A DNA stretch of 46,703 nucleotides from an uncultured Bacilli bacterium (GCA_944363935.1 CALVVT010000044.1:1-46703); one strand, 5' to 3'; positions 1 through 10,312 are shown, numbered from the stretch's first letter. Program-made: numbers and translations. Notes: generated from the sequence alone by a model not told the origin.

Positions 1-538
1 AGGAAAAAATAAAACAGAAAAATTGTATTTTAGTCATTTTAATAAGCGAAATAGTGATTATAATTTAATAATTGCTAAAGGAAATGTTACTGACCCAGTT
101 AATATGGTTAGAGCTTTAATCATTGAAATAAATAAGCGAGGTCTTAATTTTGAACATGGAGATAAGGTTTATTGTGTATTTGATGCTGATGACAACAAAA
201 CAAAAGATAAACAAATTAAAGATGCTATAACAGTAGCTAAAAATTATGGAATTGAAATAATTATTTCTAATCCTTGTTTTGAAGAGTGGATACTTTGTCA
301 TTTTGAAAAAAGTACAGCTAAACTAACTAATAATGAGGCATATAATAAAGTAAAAAAATATATTAAAGATTATCATAAAAGTTATGATGTTTATCCTATT
401 TTAGTAGATAAAACTAGTATAGCATTTAAAAACGCTAAAATAAAAGAAAAATATCATATAAATCAAGGCCGAAATATTTATTTAACAACTTCTAATCCTT
501 CTTCCCTTGTATATAAAATAGTTGAAAATTTAAAGTAG
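1..538 (+). CDS. RloB-like (Toprim-fold) protein, 5'-truncated by the window edge
   Basis: Frame is open from position 2 (GKNKTEKLYF); motifs VYCVFDAD, SNPCFEEWILCHF and C-terminal NPSS are typical of RloB. Confidence 0.8.
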   Translation, partial: GKNKTEKLYFSHFNKRNSDYNLIIAKGNVTDPVNMVRALIIEINKRGLNFEHGDKVYCVFDADDNKTKDKQIKDAITVAKNYGIEIIISNPCFEEWILCHFEKSTAKLTNNEAYNKVKKYIKDYHKSYDVYPILVDKTSIAFKNAKIKEKYHINQGRNIYLTTSNPSSLVYKIVENLK

Positions 539-572
539 AGAAATCTACTTTTTTTTACTTCATTTTTCATAA

Positions 573-589
573 TTCGACAAAATCCGACA
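573..589 (-). promoter_or_regulatory. Tandem Spo0A (0A) boxes upstream of the histidine kinase
   Basis: TTCGACA (573-579, reverse complement TGTCGAA) and TCCGACA (583-589), 10 bp apart. Confidence 0.55.
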
Positions 590-624
590 ATATAGTAGTT
601 ATATAATATTTTTGAGGTGGTAAA

Positions 625-1854
625 ATGGAAGTTCTTTATTCTTTGTTTTTAAATTTAATGCATATTATGTTTCCAATATCTTTATATTTATTATATGTTC
701 TTTATAAAAAGACTTATGATAAAAAAGAAAATGATTTAGCTATTCTTTTAGTAATCGCATCAATATTATATATTACTTTAAAATTTAATACTTTAGTTTT
801 TACAAATATTCCATTTCTTATTATTAATCTAGGACTTATTATTGCTTATTTAAAACAAACTAAACTAGGAATTGTTTTTGCTAGTATTTTATGTATTAGT
901 TATTATACAAATTTTTATAGTAATTTTTTAATAATATTTATTTTAATTTATCTTTTATATTACTTTATATATTTAAAAGTTAAAAATATTTTTAAAGTAA
1001 CTTTAATTATAAGTATATTACAAACTATTTTAATTTATATATTATCGTTAATTACTAATGATATCAATTCATTTATTTTATTGTTTGAAATTATATTTAT
1101 TTCTGTTTATGTTTATATAATGATAACTATTATTATTTATATTATAAAAACATCAGAAAATATTTTAAAACTTCACATGTCATATAAAGAGTTAGAAAGA
1201 GAAAAACAAATAAAAAATAGATTATTTCAAATTACTCATGAAATTAAAAATCCAATAGCTGTTTGTAAAGGTTATTTAGATATGTTTGATGTTAATAATC
1301 CTAAGTGTGCGCGTGATTATATTCCAATTATGAGAGAAGAAATATCTAGAACTTTATATTTACTTGAAGATTTTTTAGCTATGAATAAAGTAAAAATTAA
1401 TAAAGATATAATCGATATTAATTTACTTCTTGAAGATATAATTAATCATTATTCACTTATTTTTGAAGAAAAAAATATTGATTTTGAAAATGATATAGAA
1501 GACGAAGAAATATATATTAATGGTGATTATAATAGGTTAACTCAAGTATTTTTAAATTTATTAAAAAATAGTGTTGAAGCTTTAAAAGATAAGGGGAAAA
1601 TAACTTTATCTTCAAAAGTTAAAAATGATAAAATTTATATTAAAATAAAAGATAATGGAGTAGGTATTGCTAAAGAAAATTTAAATAGATTAAAAGAACC
1701 TTTTTACACAACTAAAATTAGAGGTACTGGTCTTGGCGTTTCCCTTTCTAATGAAATCATTCTCGCCCATAATGGAAGTCTTACGTATGAATCAAAAGAA
1801 GGAGAATATACATTAGTTACTGTAATATTACCGATAAAAAAAGAGTTATCATAA
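625..1854 (+). CDS. Orphan membrane sensor histidine kinase (sporulation-kinase-like)
   Basis: About 6 N-terminal TM segments; H-box THEIKNP, N-box NLLKNSVEA, DNGVG, GTGLG; no adjacent response regulator. Confidence 0.9.
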   Translation: MEVLYSLFLNLMHIMFPISLYLLYVLYKKTYDKKENDLAILLVIASILYITLKFNTLVFTNIPFLIINLGLIIAYLKQTKLGIVFASILCISYYTNFYSNFLIIFILIYLLYYFIYLKVKNIFKVTLIISILQTILIYILSLITNDINSFILLFEIIFISVYVYIMITIIIYIIKTSENILKLHMSYKELEREKQIKNRLFQITHEIKNPIAVCKGYLDMFDVNNPKCARDYIPIMREEISRTLYLLEDFLAMNKVKINKDIIDINLLLEDIINHYSLIFEEKNIDFENDIEDEEIYINGDYNRLTQVFLNLLKNSVEALKDKGKITLSSKVKNDKIYIKIKDNGVGIAKENLNRLKEPFYTTKIRGTGLGVSLSNEIILAHNGSLTYESKEGEYTLVTVILPIKKELS

Positions 1855-1868
1855 TTTTGATAACCTTT

Positions 1869-2807
1869 TTATTTAGCTTCAGGATAATAATTTTGTTTAA
1901 AATTATGACTACTTGTGTCTTGTTTTAACAATTCGTCAGTTGTTATTAAGAAAAATTTATGAAGAAGAAGATTAGATTTATCACTAGTTACTGGGTCATC
2001 CCAAGTTAAATCTAAATGAAGCCAAGTGCTATCAATATAAAGTAAATTCCAAATATGGTCGTTATTGGCAATTTTATAATTAGGGATATTTAACTGATCT
2101 AAAAATAATTTCATGGCATCACTATAACCACTACATAAAGCGTGACCTTCTAATAATGGGCCATTAGCTTTATGGGAATTATATTGGTAATCAGCTGTAC
2201 TACCTTTTTCGATATTTAAGGCTCTTTGTTCGTCATAAACAGAATGATTAATTATATAGTCATGGAAAGCTTTTATTTTATCTTTATCTGACATATTATC
2301 ATTAATAATTTCTTTTTTTATTTCTTCGATTTTGCTATTTATTTTATTTATATCTTCTTCACTATAAAGTTTTGTAATTTCGATATCTGTTTTACCATAG
2401 GTATTAGTAGTAATATATAATTTTTCATAACTATTATAAGGAGAGACCATATTATTAATTACGGAAAGTAGTTCTTGGTCTTTAGATATATTAGCTAAAT
2501 CATTACTACAATTTTTATAACTTACATCGCAGTAAAAAGTAAATTTAGTTTCCCCACTGTTTAAAACAGTATAAATAACATTTAAAATATCTTGCTTGTT
2601 TTTTACATGAAAATCATTTGTTGTTTGGACAAACTCAAAATCGTAATTAGTATGATACCCATTACTTTTAGGTTCATTTACTGTTTGATATTGAGCAATA
2701 TTACCCATTACAAATTTAACAACACCTTCTCTATTGATATAGCAAATTATTAATAAAGCAATTAAAGAAAAGGTTATAAGCCAACTTAAAATTTTTTTCA
2801 CTTTCAT
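1869..2807 (-). CDS. Membrane-anchored transglutaminase-like domain protein
   Basis: N-terminal TM; triad motifs ALCSGYS, HIWN, HLDLTWDD. Confidence 0.8.
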   Translation of the reverse strand: MKVKKILSWLITFSLIALLIICYINREGVVKFVMGNIAQYQTVNEPKSNGYHTNYDFEFVQTTNDFHVKNKQDILNVIYTVLNSGETKFTFYCDVSYKNCSNDLANISKDQELLSVINNMVSPYNSYEKLYITTNTYGKTDIEITKLYSEEDINKINSKIEEIKKEIINDNMSDKDKIKAFHDYIINHSVYDEQRALNIEKGSTADYQYNSHKANGPLLEGHALCSGYSDAMKLFLDQLNIPNYKIANNDHIWNLLYIDSTWLHLDLTWDDPVTSDKSNLLLHKFFLITTDELLKQDTSSHNFKQNYYPEAK

Positions 2808-2841
2808 CACCTAATTATATTTTACCACAAAAAAAAGTAAA

Positions 2842-3105
2842 TTAGTCCATTTGATTTACTTTTTTAGTTAATCTTGATTTTTTACGGGCTGCTGTGTTTT
2901 TAGCCACTACTTTTGCACTTACTGCTTTATCAATACGTTTAATTGCAGTTTTTAAATTACTACTAGCTTGTTCTTTATCTTTGTTAGCAATACTTTTTTC
3001 AACATTTTTACAAGCTGTTTTCATGCTCGCACTATAAGAATTATTACGTTCTTGTTTCTTTGCATTTACCAAAACTCTTTTTTCGGCATTTTTCATATTG
3101 GCCAT
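2842..3105 (-). CDS. rpsT: 30S ribosomal protein S20
   Basis: MANMKNAEKR...KNTAARKKSRL; GGAGGTGA SD before the ATG at 3105. Confidence 0.97.
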   Translation of the reverse strand: MANMKNAEKRVLVNAKKQERNNSYSASMKTACKNVEKSIANKDKEQASSNLKTAIKRIDKAVSAKVVAKNTAARKKSRLTKKVNQMD

Positions 3106-3207
3106 AATTTTCACCTCCCAGCCATCAGTAAATATATTTTAGCAAAAAAAACAAGAAAATGCAAATAAAATTAGTTATTTTTGGCAAAATATTTATGGGT
3201 GATTAAA

Positions 3208-4197
3208 ATGAGTCATGAAATTGATTTAAAAAATTATGAAGTTTATACTGATTTAGCTATTGAACTTGTAAAAAAAGAAGTTAAAAAAAATGATTATGAA
3301 GATGTTAAAGTAACTAGTATTGATTTAACTGAAAAAGAAGCTTTAGAGATAAATAAAAAGGAAGGAACTTATGTAACTATTGAGTTTGAAGATATAACTG
3401 ATATAGATAATTTTACTAAAGTCAAAAAAGTGTTTATTAAAGAGTTAAAAAAACTATTAGAAAAATTTAAAAGTGATTTATATTTAATAATTGGATTAGG
3501 TAACCGTAAAACTGCTCCTGATGCCCTAGGACCTAATGTAATTGATAATGTTTTAGTTACCAATCATTTAGCTTTATATGGTAGTTTAGAGGAAGGTTTT
3601 AAAAGAGTTTCAGCTCTCGCACCTGGTGTAACTGGTGAAACAGGAATCGAAACAAGCGATTTAATTAAAAGTTTAGTCGATAAATTAAAACCTAGCTGTT
3701 TAATTGTTATTGATGCTTTAGCTAGTAGTTCAATTGAAAGACTTAATAAAACTATTCAAATGACTGATTCGGGGATTAATCCTGGTAGTGGTATTGGTAA
3801 CAAAAGAAAAGAAATTAGTAAAGATACTTTAAATGTTCCGGTTATTGCTTTAGGGGTACCAACTGTTGTTGGGGCTCCGGCTATTGTTAGTGATACGATT
3901 AATTATATGTATAAGCATTTCGCATATTCTAAAGCTAATATTAATAATCCAGTAAATAAACTTAAGTTAAATGTTAATTATTTAAAGGAGAATATTAAAA
4001 TTGATTTAAACGATAAAAAACATTTATTTGGAATTATTGGTTCTTTAAACGAAAACGATATTAAAAATTTAATTTATGAAGTATTAAATCCTATTGGTTA
4101 TAATTTAATGGTTACGCCTAAAGAAGAAGATTTTATTGTGGAAAAGCTAGGAAAATTAATAGGAGAAGGAATAAATGATACGTTACATGAAAAATAA
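3208..4197 (+). CDS. gpr: Germination protease (GPR endopeptidase)
   Basis: TDLAIE autoprocessing site, GLGN..PDALGP, IDALAS, QMTDSGINPGSGIGN, LMVTPKE; divergent from rpsT as in Bacillus. Confidence 0.93.
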   Translation: MSHEIDLKNYEVYTDLAIELVKKEVKKNDYEDVKVTSIDLTEKEALEINKKEGTYVTIEFEDITDIDNFTKVKKVFIKELKKLLEKFKSDLYLIIGLGNRKTAPDALGPNVIDNVLVTNHLALYGSLEEGFKRVSALAPGVTGETGIETSDLIKSLVDKLKPSCLIVIDALASSSIERLNKTIQMTDSGINPGSGIGNKRKEISKDTLNVPVIALGVPTVVGAPAIVSDTINYMYKHFAYSKANINNPVNKLKLNVNYLKENIKIDLNDKKHLFGIIGSLNENDIKNLIYEVLNPIGYNLMVTPKEEDFIVEKLGKLIGEGINDTLHEK

Positions 4198-4201
4198 AAA
4201 G

Positions 4202-4216
4202 TACGCGAATCGCGTA
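4202..4216. promoter_or_regulatory. GC-rich palindrome TACGCG-AAT-CGCGTA, candidate operator (copy 1)
   Basis: Perfect inverted repeat; ACGCGAATCGCGTAA recurs at 22621. Confidence 0.45.
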
Positions 4217-4278
4217 AAATGAACACAAGTTAAATTTTATAGTTTAAAATAGTATCAGAAAGTAGAGGTATCTAAAAA

Positions 4279-7200
4279 ATGTATAGAGAAAAACGGCGGA
4301 ACAAGATTATTATATTTATTTTAACAGGTATTTTATGTTTAATGGGGGTCGGTTATGCGGCTTTTAAAACCAGTATTAATATAACGGGGACAACCGATAT
4401 TAGTAGTACTTGGGATATAAAAATAATAAGTGCGGACGTAACTGATACAAATGGAACGGGAGAAAATGTTAAAAACACTTATAATGATTTAAGTGCGAGT
4501 TTAGAAGCTAATTTATATGAAAAAGGAGATTATGTAGAATATAGTATTATAGTAGAAAACAAAGGAACATTTGATGCGAAATTAGAAACTATTGGTATTA
4601 CTAATAGTAACAATGAAGCTGTTAAAATAACCAGTTCAGGTTTAACTAAAGGACAAACACTTTATAAAAATACAACAGCTACTTTAAAAGTAAAAATAGA
4701 ATATAATTCTTCCTATGAAGGAGATGCATCAGGAACTAGTGGAGAAGCTAAAATAGATTTAGATTTTGTTCAAAATAGTGGCGGAACAATAGAACCAGAA
4801 AAGAATCATTTAGTAACATATGATTATAGTATTAATGAAGGAACTAGTACTAATGCCGAAAACGAATATATAAATGAAGGAGAAAGTATTAATTTAAGTT
4901 ATACAGCAACTAAAGAAGGATATGAGTTTGTGGGATGGAATACGAATAAAGATGCAATTGAAGGACTTACAGAACTTACAATGGGAACTAGTGATATAAC
5001 TTTATATGCGATATTTAAAAAGCCCGATACAACTCCACCGATAATTGAAAATGTCAGTACTAGTTCAACAACTAATAGTATAACAGTAGTAGTAACAGCC
5101 AGTGACGAAGAAAGTGGAATAAGTAAATACGAATATAAAATAAATGATAATGAGTGGGTAGATAATGGAACTAGTAATACTTATACTTTTACAGGACTTA
5201 CTCAAAATACAGGATATGAGATAAGTGTTAGAGTCACTAATGGAGTAGATTTAACAGCTGAAGAAGAAGTAAGTGAAAGTATAAAACTTACAAATAATGT
5301 TGTAACAACTGGAGATGGCCTATATAAAGACAGTACTGAAGAAGGACGATATATTTATAAGGGCGCAAGCCCTAATAATTATGTAAGTTTTAATAATGAA
5401 TTATGGCGAATTATTTCTATTGAAACTGATGGAACAATGAAAATAGCAAATACTAAAGGTTTAAGTGAAAGAGCTTTTGATACTTCAGGAAATAGAAGTA
5501 GTACTTATTGTAATAATTCTAGTAATGGATGTAATGCTTGGGGAAGTAGCAGTACAACATATGATAAAGATAAAAATAAAGTCACAGCAATAAGTGATAC
5601 ATATTCTAGTTCAAGTACATATGCTTTACCAAGTAAAGAAGCAAGTTTAAATACTTATTTAAATGGTGATTATTATAATAGTTTAACTAGTGTAGCTCAA
5701 AATCAAATAGATAATCATTATTTTAATGTAGGAACAGTATCAGCATCAAGTAGCAATACTTTAGAGACTGATATGCTTGAAGAAGGAAAATATAAATGGC
5801 TTGGTAAAATAGGCTTATTAAATATAACAGATTATGTAAAAGCTAGTACAAATAGTGTTTGTGATAGTATATATGATTATGGTTCTAATACAAGTTGTTA
5901 TAATAATAGTAATAATCATAATTGGCTTTCAGTAACGAAAGCTAGTTATCCAAGATATATAAATGGAAGTTCTGGAAGTAGATATAATATATGGGGATTA
6001 AATCATACTTCATATAATATAGGAAGAAATGGAACAGCGTCAGCTAATAATTATGGTATATTACCAGCATTATATTTGAAAAATAGTGTAAGTATAGTAA
6101 GTGGAAAAGGAACAAGCACAGAACCTTATAATTTAGGGACAGGAGTAAGTACAAGTGTATTAGATGTTCCAACTTTTAGTGAAGAAAGAATCAATAATGG
6201 AATAACAGTTACTATAACTTACCCCGAAGGAGAAGGATTAACATATGAATATCAAAAAGATAGTGGAGAATGGCAAACAGCGACCCAAAATCAAGAAGTA
6301 GAGTTTACTGAAAATGGAACTTTAGTAGCCAGAGTAAGTGATGGAATTAATGAAGTAAATACAAGCACTTATACAGTAGAAATTGGGGCGTCTTTTGGTG
6401 GAGTAAATATTCCGCTTGTAGAAACAGGTGATGGATTATATAGAGATTTGTATGAAGAAAATGTTTACATATATCGAGGAAGTAACCCCAATAATTATGT
6501 AACATTTAATGGAGAAAGTTGGAGAATAATTAGTGTCAATACTTTAAATAATACTATAAAAATAATTAAAACGGAATTTATTGATAGTGAAAAAGTTTAT
6601 GATGGTTATCTTAATAGATCATCTGAATATTGTGATTATCCAACTTGGGGATGTAATATTTGGGGAAGTAGTAGCACATTATATGATGTAAATATGCATC
6701 CAATAACAGAGTTGGCGCGCGAAGTAAATGGAACAAAATATGCGTTACCAAGTAAAGAAGCAGAGTTAAATACATACTTAAATACCACATATTATAATGG
6801 ATTAAATGAGGTAGCAAGGAGTATGATAAAAGAAGATGCAGTGTATAAAGTAGGAGTATTAGATTATGGTGATGCAAGTATGAATCAAGATATAGAGCAA
6901 GTAAATGCAGTGAAATGGCTTGGTAAAGTTGCTTTAATTGATGTTACTGAATACGCGAGAGCCAGCACTAATAGTGCTTGCTCGAGAGTTAATAGTTATA
7001 ATGCGAACTTTGATTGCTATAATGATATACAAAATTGGATGTTTAATAATACTAGTTGGTGGACTATAACTCCTATTTCTAGTGATTCTACTAGTTATGT
7101 AAGACGAGTTGGATCTTTAAGTACAAGTACTGGGTCGTATCAGCCTTTGGGGTCTTCCCGAGTTAATGATACATTTAATAATACTCGTCCTGTAGTAACA

Positions 7201-7293
7201 TTATCTCCTGATGTTAAAATAACATCGGGTAATGGAAGTTCTAGATCACCGTATATGATCACTATAATAAATTTACATTATTTTTACATATAA
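4279..7293 (+). CDS. Large secreted modular protein: SipW-class signal + TasA-like subunit domain + InlB B-repeat + FN3-like + two DUF6273-like domains
   Basis: LMGVGYAAF signal end; YSIIVENKGTFDAKL; KEGYEFVGWNT...DITLYAIF; DTTPP...TYTFTGLTQNTGYEISVRVT; two copies of G(A/S)xPNNYVxFN.E.WRIIS...(P/RP)..L. Confidence 0.75.
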   Translation: MYREKRRNKIIIFILTGILCLMGVGYAAFKTSINITGTTDISSTWDIKIISADVTDTNGTGENVKNTYNDLSASLEANLYEKGDYVEYSIIVENKGTFDAKLETIGITNSNNEAVKITSSGLTKGQTLYKNTTATLKVKIEYNSSYEGDASGTSGEAKIDLDFVQNSGGTIEPEKNHLVTYDYSINEGTSTNAENEYINEGESINLSYTATKEGYEFVGWNTNKDAIEGLTELTMGTSDITLYAIFKKPDTTPPIIENVSTSSTTNSITVVVTASDEESGISKYEYKINDNEWVDNGTSNTYTFTGLTQNTGYEISVRVTNGVDLTAEEEVSESIKLTNNVVTTGDGLYKDSTEEGRYIYKGASPNNYVSFNNELWRIISIETDGTMKIANTKGLSERAFDTSGNRSSTYCNNSSNGCNAWGSSSTTYDKDKNKVTAISDTYSSSSTYALPSKEASLNTYLNGDYYNSLTSVAQNQIDNHYFNVGTVSASSSNTLETDMLEEGKYKWLGKIGLLNITDYVKASTNSVCDSIYDYGSNTSCYNNSNNHNWLSVTKASYPRYINGSSGSRYNIWGLNHTSYNIGRNGTASANNYGILPALYLKNSVSIVSGKGTSTEPYNLGTGVSTSVLDVPTFSEERINNGITVTITYPEGEGLTYEYQKDSGEWQTATQNQEVEFTENGTLVARVSDGINEVNTSTYTVEIGASFGGVNIPLVETGDGLYRDLYEENVYIYRGSNPNNYVTFNGESWRIISVNTLNNTIKIIKTEFIDSEKVYDGYLNRSSEYCDYPTWGCNIWGSSSTLYDVNMHPITELAREVNGTKYALPSKEAELNTYLNTTYYNGLNEVARSMIKEDAVYKVGVLDYGDASMNQDIEQVNAVKWLGKVALIDVTEYARASTNSACSRVNSYNANFDCYNDIQNWMFNNTSWWTITPISSDSTSYVRRVGSLSTSTGSYQPLGSSRVNDTFNNTRPVVTLSPDVKITSGNGSSRSPYMITIINLHYFYI

Positions 7294-7362
7294 AAAAACA
7301 TAAATCTTTATTTTTAATTTAATTTTTGCTATAATTAGATTAAGAATAGGAGGGATTTAACA

Positions 7363-7878
7363 ATGAATGAAAATAAAGACGAATTGTTAAATAATACAAA
7401 TAATAATGATAATAATAATTTAAATTATAGTTTTGATTTTTCAGGTCAAGTACAAAGTACTCCAGCACCTGAACCAGCAGCTACAGAAGCTCCGGCACCA
7501 ACTATGGAACCTACACCTGCATTTTCTGAACCTGTTCAGCCAGAAGTTACGAGTGTTCCAGTAGAAACTCCGGTAGAGCCAGAACCAGCGCCAACAATGT
7601 CAGCTCCAGAAGAAACACAAGTAACTGTTATGCCTGAAGTTCAAACTCCGGTAGAGGCTGCTCAAACACCAGTAGAACCTGTTGTTAATAATGCTGAAAT
7701 TCCGGTAGAACAGAATGCTTCAGTACCTGAACAAACAGTAAATAATGAAACTACTACTGAACAAAATACTGAACCAGAAAAAGATAAAAAAAGTACAATT
7801 TTCTTTATTGTTTTATTATTTATTGTTATTGTTGCTTTTATAGTAGCATTACCATTTATTTGGTCGCAATTACAATAA
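7363..7878 (+). CDS. Hypothetical Pro/Glu/Thr-rich protein with a C-terminal TM helix
   Basis: AGGAGG SD; low-complexity linker with (E/Q)TPVE repeats; hydrophobic C-terminus. Confidence 0.75.
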   Translation: MNENKDELLNNTNNNDNNNLNYSFDFSGQVQSTPAPEPAATEAPAPTMEPTPAFSEPVQPEVTSVPVETPVEPEPAPTMSAPEETQVTVMPEVQTPVEAAQTPVEPVVNNAEIPVEQNASVPEQTVNNETTTEQNTEPEKDKKSTIFFIVLLFIVIVAFIVALPFIWSQLQ

Positions 7879-7969
7879 TTAACCGCAAATGCGGTTTTTT
7901 CTAAAAAAAGTTATATAAAAGCTTGACAAACATATAATAAAAATGTATATTATTAGAGAAAACGAAAGA

Positions 7970-8075
7970 GGAAAGCAGAAGTATCCACTTCTCACCTGAT
8001 TACTTTAAGGTAATAGGTAAATGCCTAGGTGATATACTATAGCATAAGTGGATACATTTGTATCCACTTTTTTAT
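7970..8075 (+). promoter_or_regulatory. L20 ribosomal protein leader (attenuator)
   Basis: Follows a TTGACA promoter; AAGCAGAAGTATCCACTTCTCACC motif; terminator AAGTGGATAC-ATTT-GTATCCACTT-T run with a competing upstream GTATCCACTT; precedes infC-rpmI-rplT. Confidence 0.85.
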
Positions 8076-8088
8076 GGAGGTGTCTGGT

Positions 8089-8619
8089 ATCGCAAGTAAA
8101 AATCGAGACTTGTTTATAAACGAGCAAATAAAGGCTAAAGAAGTTATGGTTATTGGACCTAACGGAGAACAATTAGGTATTAAACCCCTTAATGATGCAC
8201 TAACACTCGCATCATATGCGGGTTTTGATCTTGTATTAATGAATCCTGGTGGTAAACCACCAGTATGTAAAATTATGGATTATAATAGATATAAGTATGA
8301 AAATAAGAAAAAACAAAAAGAAAATTTAAAAAAACAACGGGAAGCTAATTTAGATATAAAAGAATACCGTTTATCTGTTAATATCGATGTTCATGATTTT
8401 AATACAAGAGTTAATAATGCTAAAAAGTATTTAGCAAAAGGGCATAAGGTCAAAGTATCTGTGCGTTTTAAAGGAAGGGAACTCGTTCATACACATCTAG
8501 GAAAAGAAGTACTATTAAAGTTTGCTAGTTCTTTAGAAGATGTGGCCCAAATAGAAATGCAACCAAAACTTGAAGGCCGTTTTATGACAATGATGCTCGC
8601 ACCACTTAAAGAAAAATAG
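8089..8619 (+). CDS. infC: Translation initiation factor IF-3 (non-canonical ATC start)
   Basis: INEQIKAKEV, PPVCKIMDY, KVKVSVRFKGRE; GGAGGTG SD lies 6 nt before the in-frame ATC at 8089. Confidence 0.95.
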   Translation: MASKNRDLFINEQIKAKEVMVIGPNGEQLGIKPLNDALTLASYAGFDLVLMNPGGKPPVCKIMDYNRYKYENKKKQKENLKKQREANLDIKEYRLSVNIDVHDFNTRVNNAKKYLAKGHKVKVSVRFKGRELVHTHLGKEVLLKFASSLEDVAQIEMQPKLEGRFMTMMLAPLKEK

Positions 8620-8629
8620 GAGGATAGTT

Positions 8630-8827
8630 ATGGCAAATAAAATGAAAACACATAAGGGAACTGCTAAAGTATTAAAAGTAAGAAAAGGTGGTTCTATTAA
8701 ATATCAACCAGCTAATAAATTACATCAAACAGCTGGTCGTAGTAATGCTTCTCGTAGAAGAAGACATCACGAATCAGGTTTACACAAATCAGATTTTAAA
8801 AGATTAAAAACAATAATCAATAAATAA
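8630..8827 (+). CDS. rpmI: 50S ribosomal protein L35
   Basis: [10 protein letters not shown]; located between infC and rplT. Confidence 0.93.
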   Translation: MANKMKTHKGTAKVLKVRKGGSIKYQPANKLHQTAGRSNASRRRRHHESGLHKSDFKRLKTIINK

Positions 8828-8841
8828 AGGAGGAAAAAGAT

Positions 8842-9363
8842 ATGACAAGAGTTAAAGGCGGAACTATTAGCCGTGCAAGACATAAAAAAGTAATGAAAAA
8901 AGCCAAAGGATATTTTGGTAGTAAGCATAGATTATATAAAACAGCGCATGAACAAGTAATGCATTCTGGTAAATATGCTTATCGTGATAGAAGAAATAGA
9001 AAAAGAGATTTTAGAAAATTATGGATTATGCGTATTAATGCCGCATGTCGTCAAAATGAAATCAGTTACTCTAGATTTATAAATGGTTTAAACAAAGCTG
9101 GAGTTGAAATTAACCGTAAAATGCTTTCAGAAATTGCTGCTCGTGATCCTGAAACATTTACAGGTTTAGTTGAAACTGCTAAAGCAGCTTTAACTGGTAA
9201 AACTGTTAAAGAAGATAAAAAAGTTAAAGAAGTAAAAAAAGAAGAAAAATCAGAAGATTTATCTAAATTAACTGTGGCTGAATTAAAAAAATTAGCTAAA
9301 GAAAAAAACATTGAAGGTTATACTTCAATGAAAAAAGCTGAATTACTTGAAGCTTTAAAATAA
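8842..9363 (+). CDS. rplT: 50S ribosomal protein L20 with a C-terminal Rho-N-like extension
   Basis: MTRVKGG...[16 protein letters not shown]; extra tail [34 protein letters not shown]. Confidence 0.97.
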   Translation: MTRVKGGTISRARHKKVMKKAKGYFGSKHRLYKTAHEQVMHSGKYAYRDRRNRKRDFRKLWIMRINAACRQNEISYSRFINGLNKAGVEINRKMLSEIAARDPETFTGLVETAKAALTGKTVKEDKKVKEVKKEEKSEDLSKLTVAELKKLAKEKNIEGYTSMKKAELLEALK

Positions 9364-9373
9364 TCCCCTAGAA

Positions 9374-10312
9374 TTATCTACGGGATTTTTTCTTGGGTAA
9401 AAGCATTTTAACTTTACCACTAGTTCTATAATTTAAACTGCGATTGTTTTCGTCTAATTTAATACTTGCCATATCGCCATCATTATCTAATGGTTTACTA
9501 GGAATTTCTTCGTTAAAAGTAATAGTTAAATCACTTGTTTTAAAGAAATCTAAATGTTCTTTATACTTAGTTAGATCAAAATCATTGTTTAAATAGTCAT
9601 GAAGTAAAGCTTTTACTAATTCGGAATTAATTTTTTTAATAATTAAAGCCTCAAATTTACCATCGTCAATATCAGCATCAGGGTAAATATCAATACCACC
9701 AAAACCTTTAGAATTAGAAATAGCCGCTAATAAACAGTCGTCAGTAATGGTCTTTCCATTTTTGTTATAAGTAATATTGTAAGTATGAATATTTCCTGTT
9801 AATAATTTTAATATTTCGGGAATTGCGGAAATAATATAACCGTTCTTGCCCAAATGTCTTTTAAGCGATAACTTTGTTTCATAAGGAATATTAGTTAAAG
9901 CCCCAAAACAAGAAACATAACCAAAAGCAGTATCGTTAACTGTTACAATATCCATTGTTTGTTCATTACCAGTAATAATTAAATCAGCGGCGGAAATGGG
10001 ATCGTTATCTAGGCCAAAATTGTTTAAAACATCGTTAGCAGTTCCTGTTGGAATATGACTGTATAAAGCATTTTGTTCACATTCTTGAAAACCTCTTACA
10101 GCTTCACCAATAGTTCCGTCTCCGCCTAAAGTAACAATTAAATCAGTACTTTCATTTTCTTCTTTAATTATTGTTGGAATATGCCCTGAAAATCTACTTC
10201 TAATTAATTTAGGTTTAAAACCTTTACCTTGAAATTTATTTTTAATACTATCTAAAATTAAAGGTTTAAAACCAGTTGAAACCGGATTATAAATAATTGT
10301 ACATCTTTCCAT
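9374..10312 (-). CDS. Diacylglycerol/lipid kinase family protein (YegS/DagK-like)
   Basis: IIYNPVS, GGDGT, IPTGTAND, DDGKF, DGD. Confidence 0.9.
   Translation of the reverse strand: MERCTIIYNPVSTGFKPLILDSIKNKFQGKGFKPKLIRSRFSGHIPTIIKEENESTDLIVTLGGDGTIGEAVRGFQECEQNALYSHIPTGTANDVLNNFGLDNDPISAADLIITGNEQTMDIVTVNDTAFGYVSCFGALTNIPYETKLSLKRHLGKNGYIISAIPEILKLLTGNIHTYNITYNKNGKTITDDCLLAAISNSKGFGGIDIYPDADIDDGKFEALIIKKINSELVKALLHDYLNNDFDLTKYKEHLDFFKTSDLTITFNEEIPSKPLDNDGDMASIKLDENNRSLNYRTSGKVKMLLPKKKSRR

Noticed and set aside
4220-4233. SOS box-like GAAC-ACAA-GTTA upstream of the 1004-aa gene
   Set aside because: Mismatched core and flanks; plausible by chance
7460-7780. CCGGTAGA-type repeats
   Set aside because: Explained by the (E/Q)TPVE low-complexity protein sequence
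8029-8088. ORF-track N-terminal extension of infC
   Set aside because: Runs through the L20-leader terminator; SD position supports a start at 8089
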